From contig CAVPSJ010000012.1 of NCBI GenBank assembly GCA_963708295.1, positions 64,001 to 128,000 on the forward strand: a stretch of DNA of 64,000 nucleotides. The letters are read 5' to 3'. Shown here in pieces: positions 1-9,744 of this stretch. The DNA comes from an uncultured delta proteobacterium. Lineage in GTDB: Bacteria > Desulfobacterota > BSN033 > UBA1163. The position numbers and the translations under genes are program-made. The notes under the pieces were generated by a model. That model saw only the letters and a program-made list of their open reading frames with translations, made no database searches and had not been told where the DNA came from. The number at the start of each line of letters is the position of its first letter. The first letter of the stretch is position 1.

Positions 1-285
1 CATATCGACCATACCCCGCTGGGCTGCCTGCACCTGATCCATGGTCTTTACCGCCTCCGGTCCGCCGATATACTGGATCTTAAGCTCACCGGGAGCCTTC
101 TGAGCAACCATTTGTTCGACGAGATCGGTGAAGATGAAGAACGCCTGGTTGTCTGTCGCTGTTTTTGGCCATGCAGTAACCGCCTTCAAGGTAACTGTTT
201 CTGCCTTAACCGGCTCGCCCGCCATACCTAAGACAGCGAATGTGAATAGGACTGCAACAGATAGAAACATCAACCTCTTTTGCAT
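1..285 (-). CDS. dctP: TRAP transporter substrate-binding protein (5' part, runs off window)
   Basis: Manual translation MQKRLMFLSVAVLFTFAVLGMAGEPVKAETVTLKAVTAWPK...ELKIQYIGGPEAV...QRGMVDM: signal peptide plus DctP N-terminus; lies downstream of dctQ/dctM. Confidence 0.85.
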   Translation of the reverse strand, partial: MQKRLMFLSVAVLFTFAVLGMAGEPVKAETVTLKAVTAWPKTATDNQAFFIFTDLVEQMVAQKAPGELKIQYIGGPEAVKTMDQVQAAQRGMVDM

Positions 286-372
286 AGATAATCCCCCTTT
301 CTTTTATTTTATTCCCATCCTGCGGATGGTGCACAGTGGTCACGCTCGACAGGCAAAGCGTATTCCCGAGTC

Positions 373-440
373 CTTCTCCATTGAGCACTCTCCGTTCTAA
401 ACGCTCTACGCTGTTCAGCCTTGCACTCAACACGATTCAA
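373..440. repeat. degenerate ~7-bp periodic tract
   Basis: ctccattgagcactctccgttctaaacgctctacgctg...; weak member of the heptamer repeat class. Confidence 0.35.
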
Positions 441-451
441 CCCTTCCGGTA

Positions 452-1775
452 CTACCCCACCGCTCCCATGAGGCTCGGGACAATGGTTGCGATTCTCGGC
501 ATGGCCATCACAATGGCAATGCATAGAAGATCCACGATGACATAGGGAGTGACTGCCTTCCAGATATCGGACATCGTTACCTCAGGAGGAGCCACACCTT
601 TCATCACAAAGAGGGTGACGCCGAAGGGAGGGGTAATCAAGCCTGTCTCAAGGGCAATCAGCATCATCACGCCGAACCAGATTTTGTTAAACCCGAAGGC
701 GGTGACGACGGGCATGTAGATCGGTATGGTGATCATCATAATGGCCACGGTTTCCATGAAACAACCCATGATCAGGACGACGACCAGCATCCCGATGAGT
801 ATGATGATCGGCGGAACGGTGAGGTTGGTAATAAAATTCGTCATCCCTGCTGCAGCACCGGTAAAGGCTAATATCTCACCGTATGTGGTTGAGACAATAA
901 TGATCATGAATATCATGACCGTGACTTTGACGGTGCTCATGACCGACTTCTTCATGATCTCCCAGGTCAAACGCCTGTAAAGAATGGCGAGGACAAATGC
1001 CCCAAATGTCCCTGCTGCGGCCGATTCCGTCGGGGTTGCCACACCCAGAAAGATGAGACCGATGACCATAAAGATGATGAAGCCGAGGGGGATCAGGTCC
1101 CGTAAGGTGACCCGCATCTTCTCTTTCAGAGGGACTTTGGGTGCAATATACATGGGCGCCTCTTCAGGTCTGAGGCGCACCCATAATATGACGTAGAGGA
1201 AGTAGAGGCCAGACATGATGATGCCCGCCGGTATGCCGGCCATCAGAAGCTGCCCGACATCGATATTTGCAAGGCTTGCGAGGACGACGGTAAGCGCATT
1301 GGGAGGAATGAGCGCATCGACGGTGCCTACTCCCATCAGCGGACCGAGACTCATGTTTTTGCTGTAGCCTTTTTCAAGCATTTGAGGAAGCAGGATGGAG
1401 CCAAGGAGGGCGCACGTGGCAATGGTGGAGCCGCTCAAAGCGCCGATGATCACACCCATGATAATCGCCAGGAGAGAGAGCCTGCCCCGGAGGTTGCCAA
1501 GCCATTTATCAAGCACGTTCACGGCGTTAAGCCCGAGGCCCGAATGGAATATCAATTCACCCATCAGGACGAAAAAGGGCACGGGAAGCAGGGTAAAGGT
1601 TGTAATGGAAGTGAAGGCTCCCGTCACCACCCCGACAAGACCTGGGCACCCCTCCCAGGAAGTAATAGGCTCCAACCATATTGACGACGAGGAAAGCAAA
1701 GGCAATCGGCAGGTTGGTGAGCAATAGAAAGACCATGCCGCCAAAAAGCAACGAAATAATCAGCCACCATTCCAT
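452..1775 (-). CDS. dctM: TRAP transporter large permease (one frameshift near 1645)
   Basis: ORF 1557..1775 (MEWWLIISLLFGG..LPIAF) joins ORF 452..1744 (LLPVPFFVLMGEL, SGS, LIPP, ATPTESAA, GLITPPFG). Confidence 0.9.
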
Positions 1776-1778
1776 GGG

Positions 1779-2275
1779 TTATCTCCCTGCCCTGATTTCG
1801 CCGAGCTTGCTCCAGGCAATCCTGAAGAACTGGATCGTAAGAAAGAGGCTCCCGATGGGGATAATAATGAAAACAGCCGATTTCGGGACGGTCATTGCCC
1901 TGACGTCCGTTACGCCGTGTAGAATACAGTCACACATATGGACAATTCCAAGATAGAGCAGCAAGCGCACAGGCAAGCCCGCCGACGACCGACATGATCA
2001 GATTGAGATAGCGTCTTGCCCTTCTCATTGAGATGAATGTAGATGATGTCGGTTGTGATATGCCCTCCCTCTCGCAAAAGCCAGGTCGTCCCGAGGAAAA
2101 CGATCCACAAAAGGGCATACTCGCTCATCGGGGTGATCCATATCGTTGTCTGTCTGAATACGAATCGCATAAAGATGGTGTAGCACATCGCAGCCGATAT
2201 CAGGACCAGTAAGACTCCGGCCAAGGTTGCCATGATGTCCGAAAGCTTATCGAAAAACTTCCAGAATCCTTTCAT
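1779..2275 (-). CDS. dctQ: TRAP transporter small permease (frameshifted near 2020 and 1975)
   Basis: Three overlapping ORF pieces; W..E..YAL.W..FLG..W.LREGGHI..D DctQ motif. Confidence 0.85.
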
Positions 2276-2382
2276 TGAAGCACCTCCTCGATGCCATCCA
2301 CAGCCTGAAACGAGCGTTAACCCATATGCCGCATCAATCGTTCACGGAACGCACACGGGCAGGCCGTCCAGAAAGGCTTCGG

Positions 2383-2422
2383 CCTGCCTGCGCCAAGTCC
2401 CGCCTTGCGGGACGAAGGCCGG
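2383..2422 (+). repeat. 40-bp REP-like palindrome, family A
   Basis: CCTGCCTGCGCCAAGTCCCGCCTTGCGGGACGAAGGCCGG; related copies at 3807-3846 (reverse) and 49887-49926. Confidence 0.8.
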
Positions 2423-2631
2423 GGCGAACGCTCAAACCGAACCGCCACTTTCCTCCCAGGCCCTGCCGGAATCCGCTTTCGGTAACGTTCTCATTGCCCT
2501 TAACTTCTCAAATAAACCGCCGTCGGAAGCCTGAAAGGGCGGTTTACCCGTACACATCTGGCAACTGGAGCGTTAACTTATTATTTCGCTACGGATATGT
2601 CAAGAGAAAATATTTCTCTTTAGCCTGTCCT

Positions 2632-3607
2632 CTATGGCGTCCCCGCGTCCACCCGGCAGGCCCCCGGGCAAGGAGGGTTTAGAGAGATTTTCTCCTTTTG
2701 GATCGACGGGGGTGGGGCGGAGTGAAGGGTTGCCCGATATTTCAATTTTTCCCACTCGTCGTCCGCATCCTTCTGAATATGTTTGATTTCGGCTTCTTTG
2801 AGATGTCTGAATCTTCCTTGCTTGGACAGATATTCTTGGACGGGAAGCCGTCGTGGTTCATGGTTGATCGTATACCTGACCCCATCTTCAACTTCGTACA
2901 GAGGGAAGATGTTCGTTTCCACGGCAAGAATGGAGACTTCCGGCGAGCTATCCGTCGGCATCCGCCAACCCGTCGGACACGGAGAAAGGAGATGAATAAA
3001 CTTTGTTCCCCGAATTCCTTTGGCCTTCATGATTTTTTGCTGAAGGTCACGGGGAAAACCGATGGTGGCTGTGGCCGAATAGGGATTATAATGGGCCGCC
3101 ATGATCTCCATGATATTCTTTTTCCGTCTTGGATTTCCCTTGGGCGTCGTTCCTGTCCATGCAAACGAGGGAGTCGAAGAGCTGACCTGAATCCCGGTGT
3201 TCATGTAGGCTTCATTATCCAGGCAGACATAGATAATATCATCGTTGTTCTTCGTCACCCCTGAAAGAGCCGCCAGCCCGATATCAAAGGTTCCCCCATC
3301 TCCCGCGAAGGCCACGACCTGAATATCATCCTTTCCCTGGATCTTAAGGGCATTGGCGATCCCGGCCGCCGTCGGCGCCGCAATCTCGAAAGCAGAGTGA
3401 AAGGCGGGTACGGCATGGGGGGAATTCGGATAGACCCCTGAAATCGGCCCCTTCGCAGGAGGGAACGATGACAACGATGCATCGAGGCCCCATGGCCTGC
3501 ATCACCAGTTTCATGCCGACCACCAGTCCGCAGCCGGCACAGGCCCCATGACCCGGTCGAAGCATATTAGGCTGTTGTTCAGGGTGCCCATACCTATTCT
3601 CCTTCAC
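2632..3607 (-). CDS. porB: 2-oxoacid (pyruvate-type):ferredoxin oxidoreductase beta subunit (frameshift near 3445)
   Basis: GHGACAGCG, TPP-binding GDGGTFDIG, DNEAYMNTGIQ, SPCPTGW. Confidence 0.9.
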
Positions 3608-3663
3608 TCCTGCTGTTATTACAGCATCGCATTAAAATCCCGATATTAAACCCCGAAGTTGTT

Positions 3664-3790
3664 CAAACTCCAAACACTAAACTCTAAATTCTAAACAAAT
3701 CCAAAATATAAAACTCAAACGCTAATTCCTTCGGTTTTGAGTTTTGTGGTTTGAACATTTGAGTTTGCTTAGAGTTTAGGATTTAATATC
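3664..3790. repeat. heptamer-periodic inverted repeat (A/C-rich arm, T/G-rich arm)
   Basis: AAACTCC AAACACT AAACTCT AAATTCT AAAC... followed by ...TTTGAGTTTG CTTAGAGTTTAGGATTT. Confidence 0.75.
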
Positions 3791-3806
3791 TTCGCTTCGA
3801 ACTTCG

Positions 3807-3846
3807 CCCGCCTTCGCCCCGCAAAGCGGGGCTGCGCGCAGGCAGG
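3807..3846 (-). repeat. 40-bp REP-like palindrome, family A
   Basis: Reverse complement CCTGCCTGCGCGCAGCCCCGCTTTGCGGGGCGAAGGCGGG is nearly identical to 49887-49926. Confidence 0.8.
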
Positions 3847-3875
3847 TACTTGAAATTTCGTGCCTTCTCTATCAC

Positions 3876-5024
3876 TCATTCCATGATCCAAATGGGTGTA
3901 TCGACGGGTTCGGTTCTCTTCATGACGTCCAGGGCAATTTTCTCGATCACTTCAGGATCGACATCCGTTCCCCCTATCCCGGCAATATAGCTGAACGTCA
4001 GGGGACGGTCCGAAGAATGAACCAGGGCCGCCCTCAATTCCTGGCAAAAAATCCCTCCGCTTCCGAGGGATATGTTGCGGTCGATGACTGCAATCTTTTT
4101 CTTACCTTTGAGGGCGTGCTGAATCTCTTCCGCTGGGAAAGGTCTGAAGAGACGTATTTTGAGTAGCCCCACCCTGTGTCCCTGCTCGCGAAGGTTCCTG
4201 ATCGCGATCCTCGCCGTACTCGTAATCGATCCGGCGGTCACGATCACGATCTCCGCATCCTCGAGCATCACCGGTTCAATGATTCCATATCCCCTTCCGA
4301 ATTCCTCTCTATATTCGCGATCCACTCGATCCGCAATTTCTTTAACGGAATTCATGGAGGCTTGAGCCATATGCTTATACTTCCGGTATAACTCCGGAGG
4401 AACCACGGGAACTAGGTAACCAGGTTTATCGATATCGAATCGGTGAGGAAGGTTCAGGGGCGGAAGAAAACGATCCACCTGATCCTGGTCGGGAATTTCC
4501 ACAGGCTCCATAAAATGGGAGACCACAAACGCCTCTAAACAGACCATGCTCGGGAGGAAAACCTGTTCCGCTATTTTATAGGCCTGGATGACGCTATCGA
4601 GTGATTCCTGACCGTTTTCGCAATAAATTTGAATCCACCCTGTATCTCGCTGAGAAAGACTATCCTGCTGGTCAGCCCAGAACCCCCATGGCGCAGCCAG
4701 GAGTCGATTGACATTGGCCATGACCACCGGGACCCGACACCCGGCGGCAAAGTGGAGCATCTCATGCATCAGGGCAAGCCCCTGAGAGGAAGTCGCCGTA
4801 AACGTCCTGACTCCGGTCAAGGAGGCGGCAATGCAGGATGCCATGGCCGAATGTTCGGACTCGGTCCGCATCATAATTCCTTTGAGCTCACCCGAGGCCT
4901 CCCATTCGGAAAGTTTTTCGTAGATCGGTGTTTGGGGGGTAATCGGATAAGCCGCAATCAGCGGAGTGCGACACAACCGGACAGCGCGAGCCACGGCATG
5001 GTTGCCAGTAATAAATTCTTTCAT
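3876..5024 (-). CDS. porA: 2-oxoacid:ferredoxin oxidoreductase alpha subunit
   Basis: GNHAVA, AYPITPQT, ESEHSAM, TATSSQGL, RLFRPFP motifs. Confidence 0.95.
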   Translation of the reverse strand: MKEFITGNHAVARAVRLCRTPLIAAYPITPQTPIYEKLSEWEASGELKGIMMRTESEHSAMASCIAASLTGVRTFTATSSQGLALMHEMLHFAAGCRVPVVMANVNRLLAAPWGFWADQQDSLSQRDTGWIQIYCENGQESLDSVIQAYKIAEQVFLPSMVCLEAFVVSHFMEPVEIPDQDQVDRFLPPLNLPHRFDIDKPGYLVPVVPPELYRKYKHMAQASMNSVKEIADRVDREYREEFGRGYGIIEPVMLEDAEIVIVTAGSITSTARIAIRNLREQGHRVGLLKIRLFRPFPAEEIQHALKGKKKIAVIDRNISLGSGGIFCQELRAALVHSSDRPLTFSYIAGIGGTDVDPEVIEKIALDVMKRTEPVDTPIWIME

Positions 5025-5142
5025 GACAGTTCCTTCGTTCCAATCGGTTTTGACTGCAGCACCCCGTCACCGCAGCACGGACGACACATGTTTACCCGTT
5101 TTGGAAGCACACTCATCTGCCGAATGAACCCAACGTTAAGGT

Positions 5143-6890
5143 TTATCCAGCTTCCTTCATCAAAACGATATTCCTCGGGCAGACCTTTGCACAGGTTCCA
5201 CACCCCTTGCAGTGCTCCAGGTCAACGGTTCTGGTTCTATGTTGGGGGTCGAGCGTCACCACGCCTTCAGGACAAAAGAAATAACAGTTATAACAATAAT
5301 TGCACGTTCCACAGGAGAAACACCTCAAGGCAGAGATTCTGGCCTCCGCAGAAGTGAATCCGAGATTGACCTCTGAAAAATCTTTCAGCGCCTTATCCCT
5401 AGGCCAATTTGCCCATTTCCACCCGCTCGCTGTGTTCAAAATAAAGGGTATGGAGCTGTGGATAGGAGATCACCTCTTTGGGTTCAGACCAATTCCCTCC
5501 GTTTCTGCCTGAGAGATAGGCTTCCATTGAAAGAGCACCCTTATTTCCGACCCGAATCTTGGAAAAAACGTCGTCAGGATGATGTCCCCTCAGATACAGG
5601 TCGATCGCGATAGCAGCCTTTTTCCCTGCGCCGATCGCGGTCACGATGGTTCGTGGCTGGTCAACCGCATCTCCCCCTGCAAAGATCTTGGGATGAGAGG
5701 TGGCCAGGGAGGAATTCACATCGATCAGGCCATTCCCGCCGACCGTTTCGGGTATCCATGAAAGATCGACTCCTTCCCCCACCGCCTTGATGAGTCCATC
5801 TGCATCCAGTGTGAGGTAGTCTCCTTCAACGGGGATCGCCTTAGGCCTTTTGCTCCGGTCTTTCCCCCATAATTTCATCCGTTGAAATTTTATCCTGATC
5901 TTGTTGTTCTTAAGAAGGCTGATCTTGACAGGCTGGAGCAGGAATTCAAATCGCACACCTTCTTCCTCTGCCTCTCGAATCTCGTCCTGAATGGCGGGCA
6001 TCTCTGCTCGGGTTCTGCGATAGGCAACCGTCACTTTGGAACCGAGACGCAGTGCCGAGCGGGCAACATCCATCGCCGTATTGCCGCCGCCGATCACAAC
6101 GATCTCTCTTCCTATTTTGATCTTGTCCCCGGAATTAATTCGATCTAAGAAATCCCCTCCCCTCCAAACCTTCTTCAAATCCTCGCCTTCGATGCCCAGG
6201 GATAAACTCAACCCGGCTCCCGGCGACAGAAAAACGGAATCAAACCGGTCTAACTCTTTAAAAAAGAATTCCTTTCCCACCCTCACGCCTGTCTTCACAT
6301 CGACGGAGAGTTGAAGTATTCTCTTGATCTCTTTTTTCAGAATGGATTTAGGAAGCCGATATTCAGGAATCCCCCAGCGCATGACCCCGCCCAATTCCCT
6401 TCTCGCCTCAAAAAGAGTCACCCGATAACCCAAACAGCCTGAGGAAATAGGCAGCGGATAGCCCTGCCGGCCCTGCCCCCACTACGGCGACTCGTTTAGG
6501 ATTTACGGTGCTCGATAGGGGATGAATATCGGGATGCTGGCGAGAAGTCGCATCAAACACACGCCGTTCCATCGCATGGATCGACACGGCCTCATCGTAC
6601 TGAATCCGATTGCAGTCTCTTTCGCAGGGATGAAAACAAACCCTTCCGCAAACCCCCGGGAAGGGGTTTTCCGCCAAGAGGGCCTCCATGGCCTCTTTAT
6701 ATTTTCCTTCTCCCGCAAAATACAGGAATTGGGGAATAGGGTTTCCAGCGGGACAGACTTCCTGACAGGGGGCCGTCATGAAGGCCGCTTCCGGTTTTTC
6801 ATAACCCCATTTTCCCGTCTCAATCACCTCCGAGCTACCGTACGAGATGGGAATGACTAATTCAGATGAAGAATCATATCTTATTTCCAT
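5143..6890 (-). CDS. GltD/NfnB-like FAD/NAD(P) oxidoreductase fused with PorD-type 2[4Fe-4S] domain (frameshifts near 6430 and 5400)
   Basis: TGKWGYEKP; APCQEVCPAG...NPFPGVCGRVCFHPCE..CNR; VVGAGPAGL; GGGNTAMDVAR; YRR; FAGGD; C-terminal CYNCYFFCP...CKGCGTCAKVCP. Confidence 0.85.
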
Positions 6891-6897
6891 GTTCGGT

Positions 6898-7449
6898 TTA
6901 TCCCTCAACCTCAAACACCTTCGCCTGTTCGTAAGCCTCTTTGACAGCTTCAATATTTTGCTCAATTTTTGCGGGGACCATTTTTCTCACCACTTCGAGC
7001 AACGTCTCCATCCTGACCAGATGGGCTAAACGATTATAAGCACCCAGCATGGCCATGTTAAAAGTCCCTCCCAGCCCCACTTTCCTGGCAATCGGACCCG
7101 CGTCGACCAGACCAACTTTATATCTTCTCAGATTCTTAAAAAAATCGATCTCCTTGTTCGAATTGATGAGGATCAATCCATTCGGTTTGAGCTCCTGAAA
7201 TATCTCTTTTTCATCCGTCAAAGACAGATCGAAAATAATCATGTGGTCCGGATGCTTGATCTGACATTTCAAAAGAATCGGTTCCTCATCGACCCGCAAA
7301 AAGCCGGTCACGGGAGCCCCACGGCGCTCTCCTCCGAAGAGTGAAAAGCACTGCGGGAATTTCCCTTCCACGAAAAGGGCTCTTCCCAGAATCTCTGATG
7401 CGACCACCGCTCCCTGTCCGCCACGACCCTTGAATTTGATTTCGATCAT
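6898..7449 (-). CDS. porG: 2-oxoacid:ferredoxin oxidoreductase gamma subunit
   Basis: EIKFKGRGGQGAV, FGGERRGAPV. Confidence 0.95.
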   Translation of the reverse strand: MIEIKFKGRGGQGAVVASEILGRALFVEGKFPQCFSLFGGERRGAPVTGFLRVDEEPILLKCQIKHPDHMIIFDLSLTDEKEIFQELKPNGLILINSNKEIDFFKNLRRYKVGLVDAGPIARKVGLGGTFNMAMLGAYNRLAHLVRMETLLEVVRKMVPAKIEQNIEAVKEAYEQAKVFEVEG

Positions 7450-8180
7450 TCATTCTCCCTGATCTTGAATGAATTAAAGGAGGACGATGAACCTTCAGAC
7501 GACACCTCTGTTTTCGTTGCCTCCTTAAAGGCGTATCTCAATATATCTTTCTTTGATTGTTCAAGATGGACCTTGATCGCCCTGTTGACTTCTTCCAAAT
7601 GACCTTTTTCAATCGCTTCGAGTATGCCTTTGTGGCCCTGGATCGCGCTTAAGACATTCTCTGCCAGATAAATGCTTTGAATTCTGTACCTCAACATGTG
7701 CCGCCTTAATGTCTGACCCAGCTCCTGCAAACGTCTGCTCCCACTCAGCCTTGCGATGATCTCGTGAAATTGAGCGTCCAACTCCACAAAGGCTTTCGGA
7801 TTCCCCCGGGAAGCTACTTCTTCGGAGACTGAAATATTCTTTCTCAAGTCCTCAATCAGTTTTTGAGGGGCCTTCTCCATAGCCCAACGGGCCCCGACTT
7901 CCTCGATCGCTGCCCTGATCTCACAGATCTCTTCGACCTCGTCCTCGCTGATCGGTTTAACCACATATCCCACTCGCGGTATGGATTCGATCAGGCCTTC
8001 CAATTCAAGACTATGGAGAGCTTCTCTAATCGGTGTTCTCGAAATTCCGACTTCCTTTGCAATTTTTGTCTCGACGAGGTGCTGGTGAGGAGGAATCTCT
8101 CCATTCAAGAGTTGCTCGCGAAGGTGCCCATAAATCTTCTGGCGTATCGATTTGGTATTCTTAATAATTAGTCTTCGCAC
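7446..8180 (-). CDS. GntR/FadR-family transcriptional regulator (wHTH + FCD)
   Basis: SRTPIREAL..LE.EGLI...PRVGYVV; D.QFH..I...SG. Confidence 0.95.
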   Translation of the reverse strand: MRRLIIKNTKSIRQKIYGHLREQLLNGEIPPHQHLVETKIAKEVGISRTPIREALHSLELEGLIESIPRVGYVVKPISEDEVEEICEIRAAIEEVGARWAMEKAPQKLIEDLRKNISVSEEVASRGNPKAFVELDAQFHEIIARLSGSRRLQELGQTLRRHMLRYRIQSIYLAENVLSAIQGHKGILEAIEKGHLEEVNRAIKVHLEQSKKDILRYAFKEATKTEVSSEGSSSSFNSFKIRENE

Positions 8181-8190
8181 GATTTGAAGT

Positions 8191-8219
8191 ACTGTACCCT
8201 AGTCTAATTAACTTGTCAA
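8191..8219 (-). promoter_or_regulatory. sigma70-type promoter of gntR-por operon (near-leaderless)
   Basis: TTGACA-17bp-TACAGT on minus strand, ending about 10 nt before the GTG start. Confidence 0.6.
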
Positions 8220-8323
8220 GGTAATTTTTATTAATCTAACATGCCGTAACAACAAGACTTTCATAATTAATGTCGGGTATGTTTGATGGGCGATTACAAG
8301 TACAATAATTGAATGGAGATATG

Positions 8324-8352
8324 TTGACAAACCTTGAAACTCAACATAAAAT
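8324..8352 (+). promoter_or_regulatory. sigma70-type promoter of moaD-like gene
   Basis: TTGACA-17bp-TAAAAT. Confidence 0.7.
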
Positions 8353-8450
8353 AACATGACCTTATGAGCAGAACGTTCGGCGAAACCACGCATTCTTCCA
8401 ACCAAGAAGCAAGGAGTGTGCTGTCTCATGAACAAGAAAAAAGGTGAAGA

Positions 8451-8726
8451 ATGAGTATCCAGGTAAATATTCTCTCCCCCTCCCTGCAGCAGTTTACCGA
8501 TAACCAAGAGGTAGTTCAGGCCGACGGGAGTACGGTCGGTGAATGCCTTGACCACCTCGTGAGGCAGTTCCCAGGTATCGAGAAAAGGTTATTTGATCGA
8601 CACGGTCAACTGCTCAATTATGTTTACTTTTTTATCAATGGGAAAGGCGCCCATCCAACGGATTTAGCCAAGCCGGTCAAGGATGGGGATCAACTCACGA
8701 TTTCACTTTTACTTCCGGGAGGATGA
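8451..8726 (+). CDS. MoaD/ThiS-family sulfur carrier
   Basis: 91 aa ubiquitin-like fold pattern, C-terminal GG. Confidence 0.9.
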   Translation: MSIQVNILSPSLQQFTDNQEVVQADGSTVGECLDHLVRQFPGIEKRLFDRHGQLLNYVYFFINGKGAHPTDLAKPVKDGDQLTISLLLPGG

Positions 8727-8732
8727 GGAAAT

Positions 8733-8947
8733 GAATCAACCCTTCGACTTTCCCCGGTCCGAAGTCCGGGGTTTGCTCAGGGTTGATACTGAGAGACGCT
8801 TTTGACTCCGTCCTAAAGGACGGAGCTCGCCATCGAAATGAAGCTCCCCGCCCACAGGGCGGGGCTTCCCGAAGAGGAAGTTTCGTTCATATTGTACCCC
8901 TTAACCGCGCCTATCCCGATAGGTCGGGACGGGGCACGTTTCGGTCA
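8733..8947 (+). repeat. composite palindromic mini-elements (families B and C, with nested TCCCGA..TCGGGA)
   Basis: CAACCCTTCGACT...GCTCAGGGTTGA (cf. 46705, 49816) fused to GAAGCTCCCCGCC..GGGCGGGGC...GGAAGTTTCG.TCAT..TGT.CCCCTTA...CGGTCA (cf. 42178, 28925). Confidence 0.75.
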
Positions 8948-8963
8948 AGAAAGGAGAAAATCC

Positions 8964-9728
8964 ATGGGGATCGTAGACGGAAAAGTATGTATCGTTACCG
9001 GCGGGGCGGGCAGCATCGGTCTTGCAAGCGCCTCGATTCTTTTGCAGGAAGGGGCGAGGGTCATGCTCGTCGGCCGCAATGAGGAAAATCTGGTCCGTGC
9101 GGCTAAAACCCTGAATACAAAGTCTGATTTTCTGGGAACCATCAAGGCGAATGTCGCGGATACCCAAGAGACACAGAATTATATCAATCAGACGGTGGCC
9201 AGGTGGGGCAAGATCGATGTGCTGTTCAGCCATGCGGGTATCAGCGGCGCGATCAAGCCGATCACCGAATATCCGGAGGACGTCTTCGACGCCGTCATGG
9301 CGATCAACATCCGCGGTTCCTTCCTGGCCTGTAAATACGGTCTGCCTCAAATGAATGACGGCGGCAGCATCATCATCACCTCCAGTATCATGGGCGTAAC
9401 TGCTGACCCCGGGGTCTGCGCCTACGTGACATCCAAACACGCACTCATTGGTCTCATGCGGACGGTCGCAAAAGAAGTGGCGCCTCGTAAAATCCGCGTC
9501 AATGTGGTCGCCCCAGGCCCCATCGACAACTCATTCCAGACGAAGATCGAGGAACGCCTCACCGAAGTGGTCGGGGAGGATGGCACCGAATTTCTCAATC
9601 GTGTGATTCCCCTCGGCCGTCATGGTCGGGCCGAAGAGATCGCGAGAATGGTCCTCTTTCTTGCTTCCGATCAAGGCAGCTTTTCAACGGGGAGCGTCTT
9701 CATGGCAGACGGTGGAATGAACGTTTAG
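8964..9728 (+). CDS. short-chain dehydrogenase/reductase
   Basis: TGGAGSIG, YVTSK, NVVAPG; start reassigned to ATG 8964 after RBS AAGGAG. Confidence 0.92.
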   Translation: MGIVDGKVCIVTGGAGSIGLASASILLQEGARVMLVGRNEENLVRAAKTLNTKSDFLGTIKANVADTQETQNYINQTVARWGKIDVLFSHAGISGAIKPITEYPEDVFDAVMAINIRGSFLACKYGLPQMNDGGSIIITSSIMGVTADPGVCAYVTSKHALIGLMRTVAKEVAPRKIRVNVVAPGPIDNSFQTKIEERLTEVVGEDGTEFLNRVIPLGRHGRAEEIARMVLFLASDQGSFSTGSVFMADGGMNV

Positions 9729-9744
9729 GACGGAACTTCAGAGA

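Noticed and set aside
8838-8963. N-terminal extensions of the SDR (8838), DedA (42299), HD protein (33979) and AmrB (47759) in the ORF track
   Set aside because: They are translated repeat elements; better starts, mostly with a clear RBS, lie downstream.
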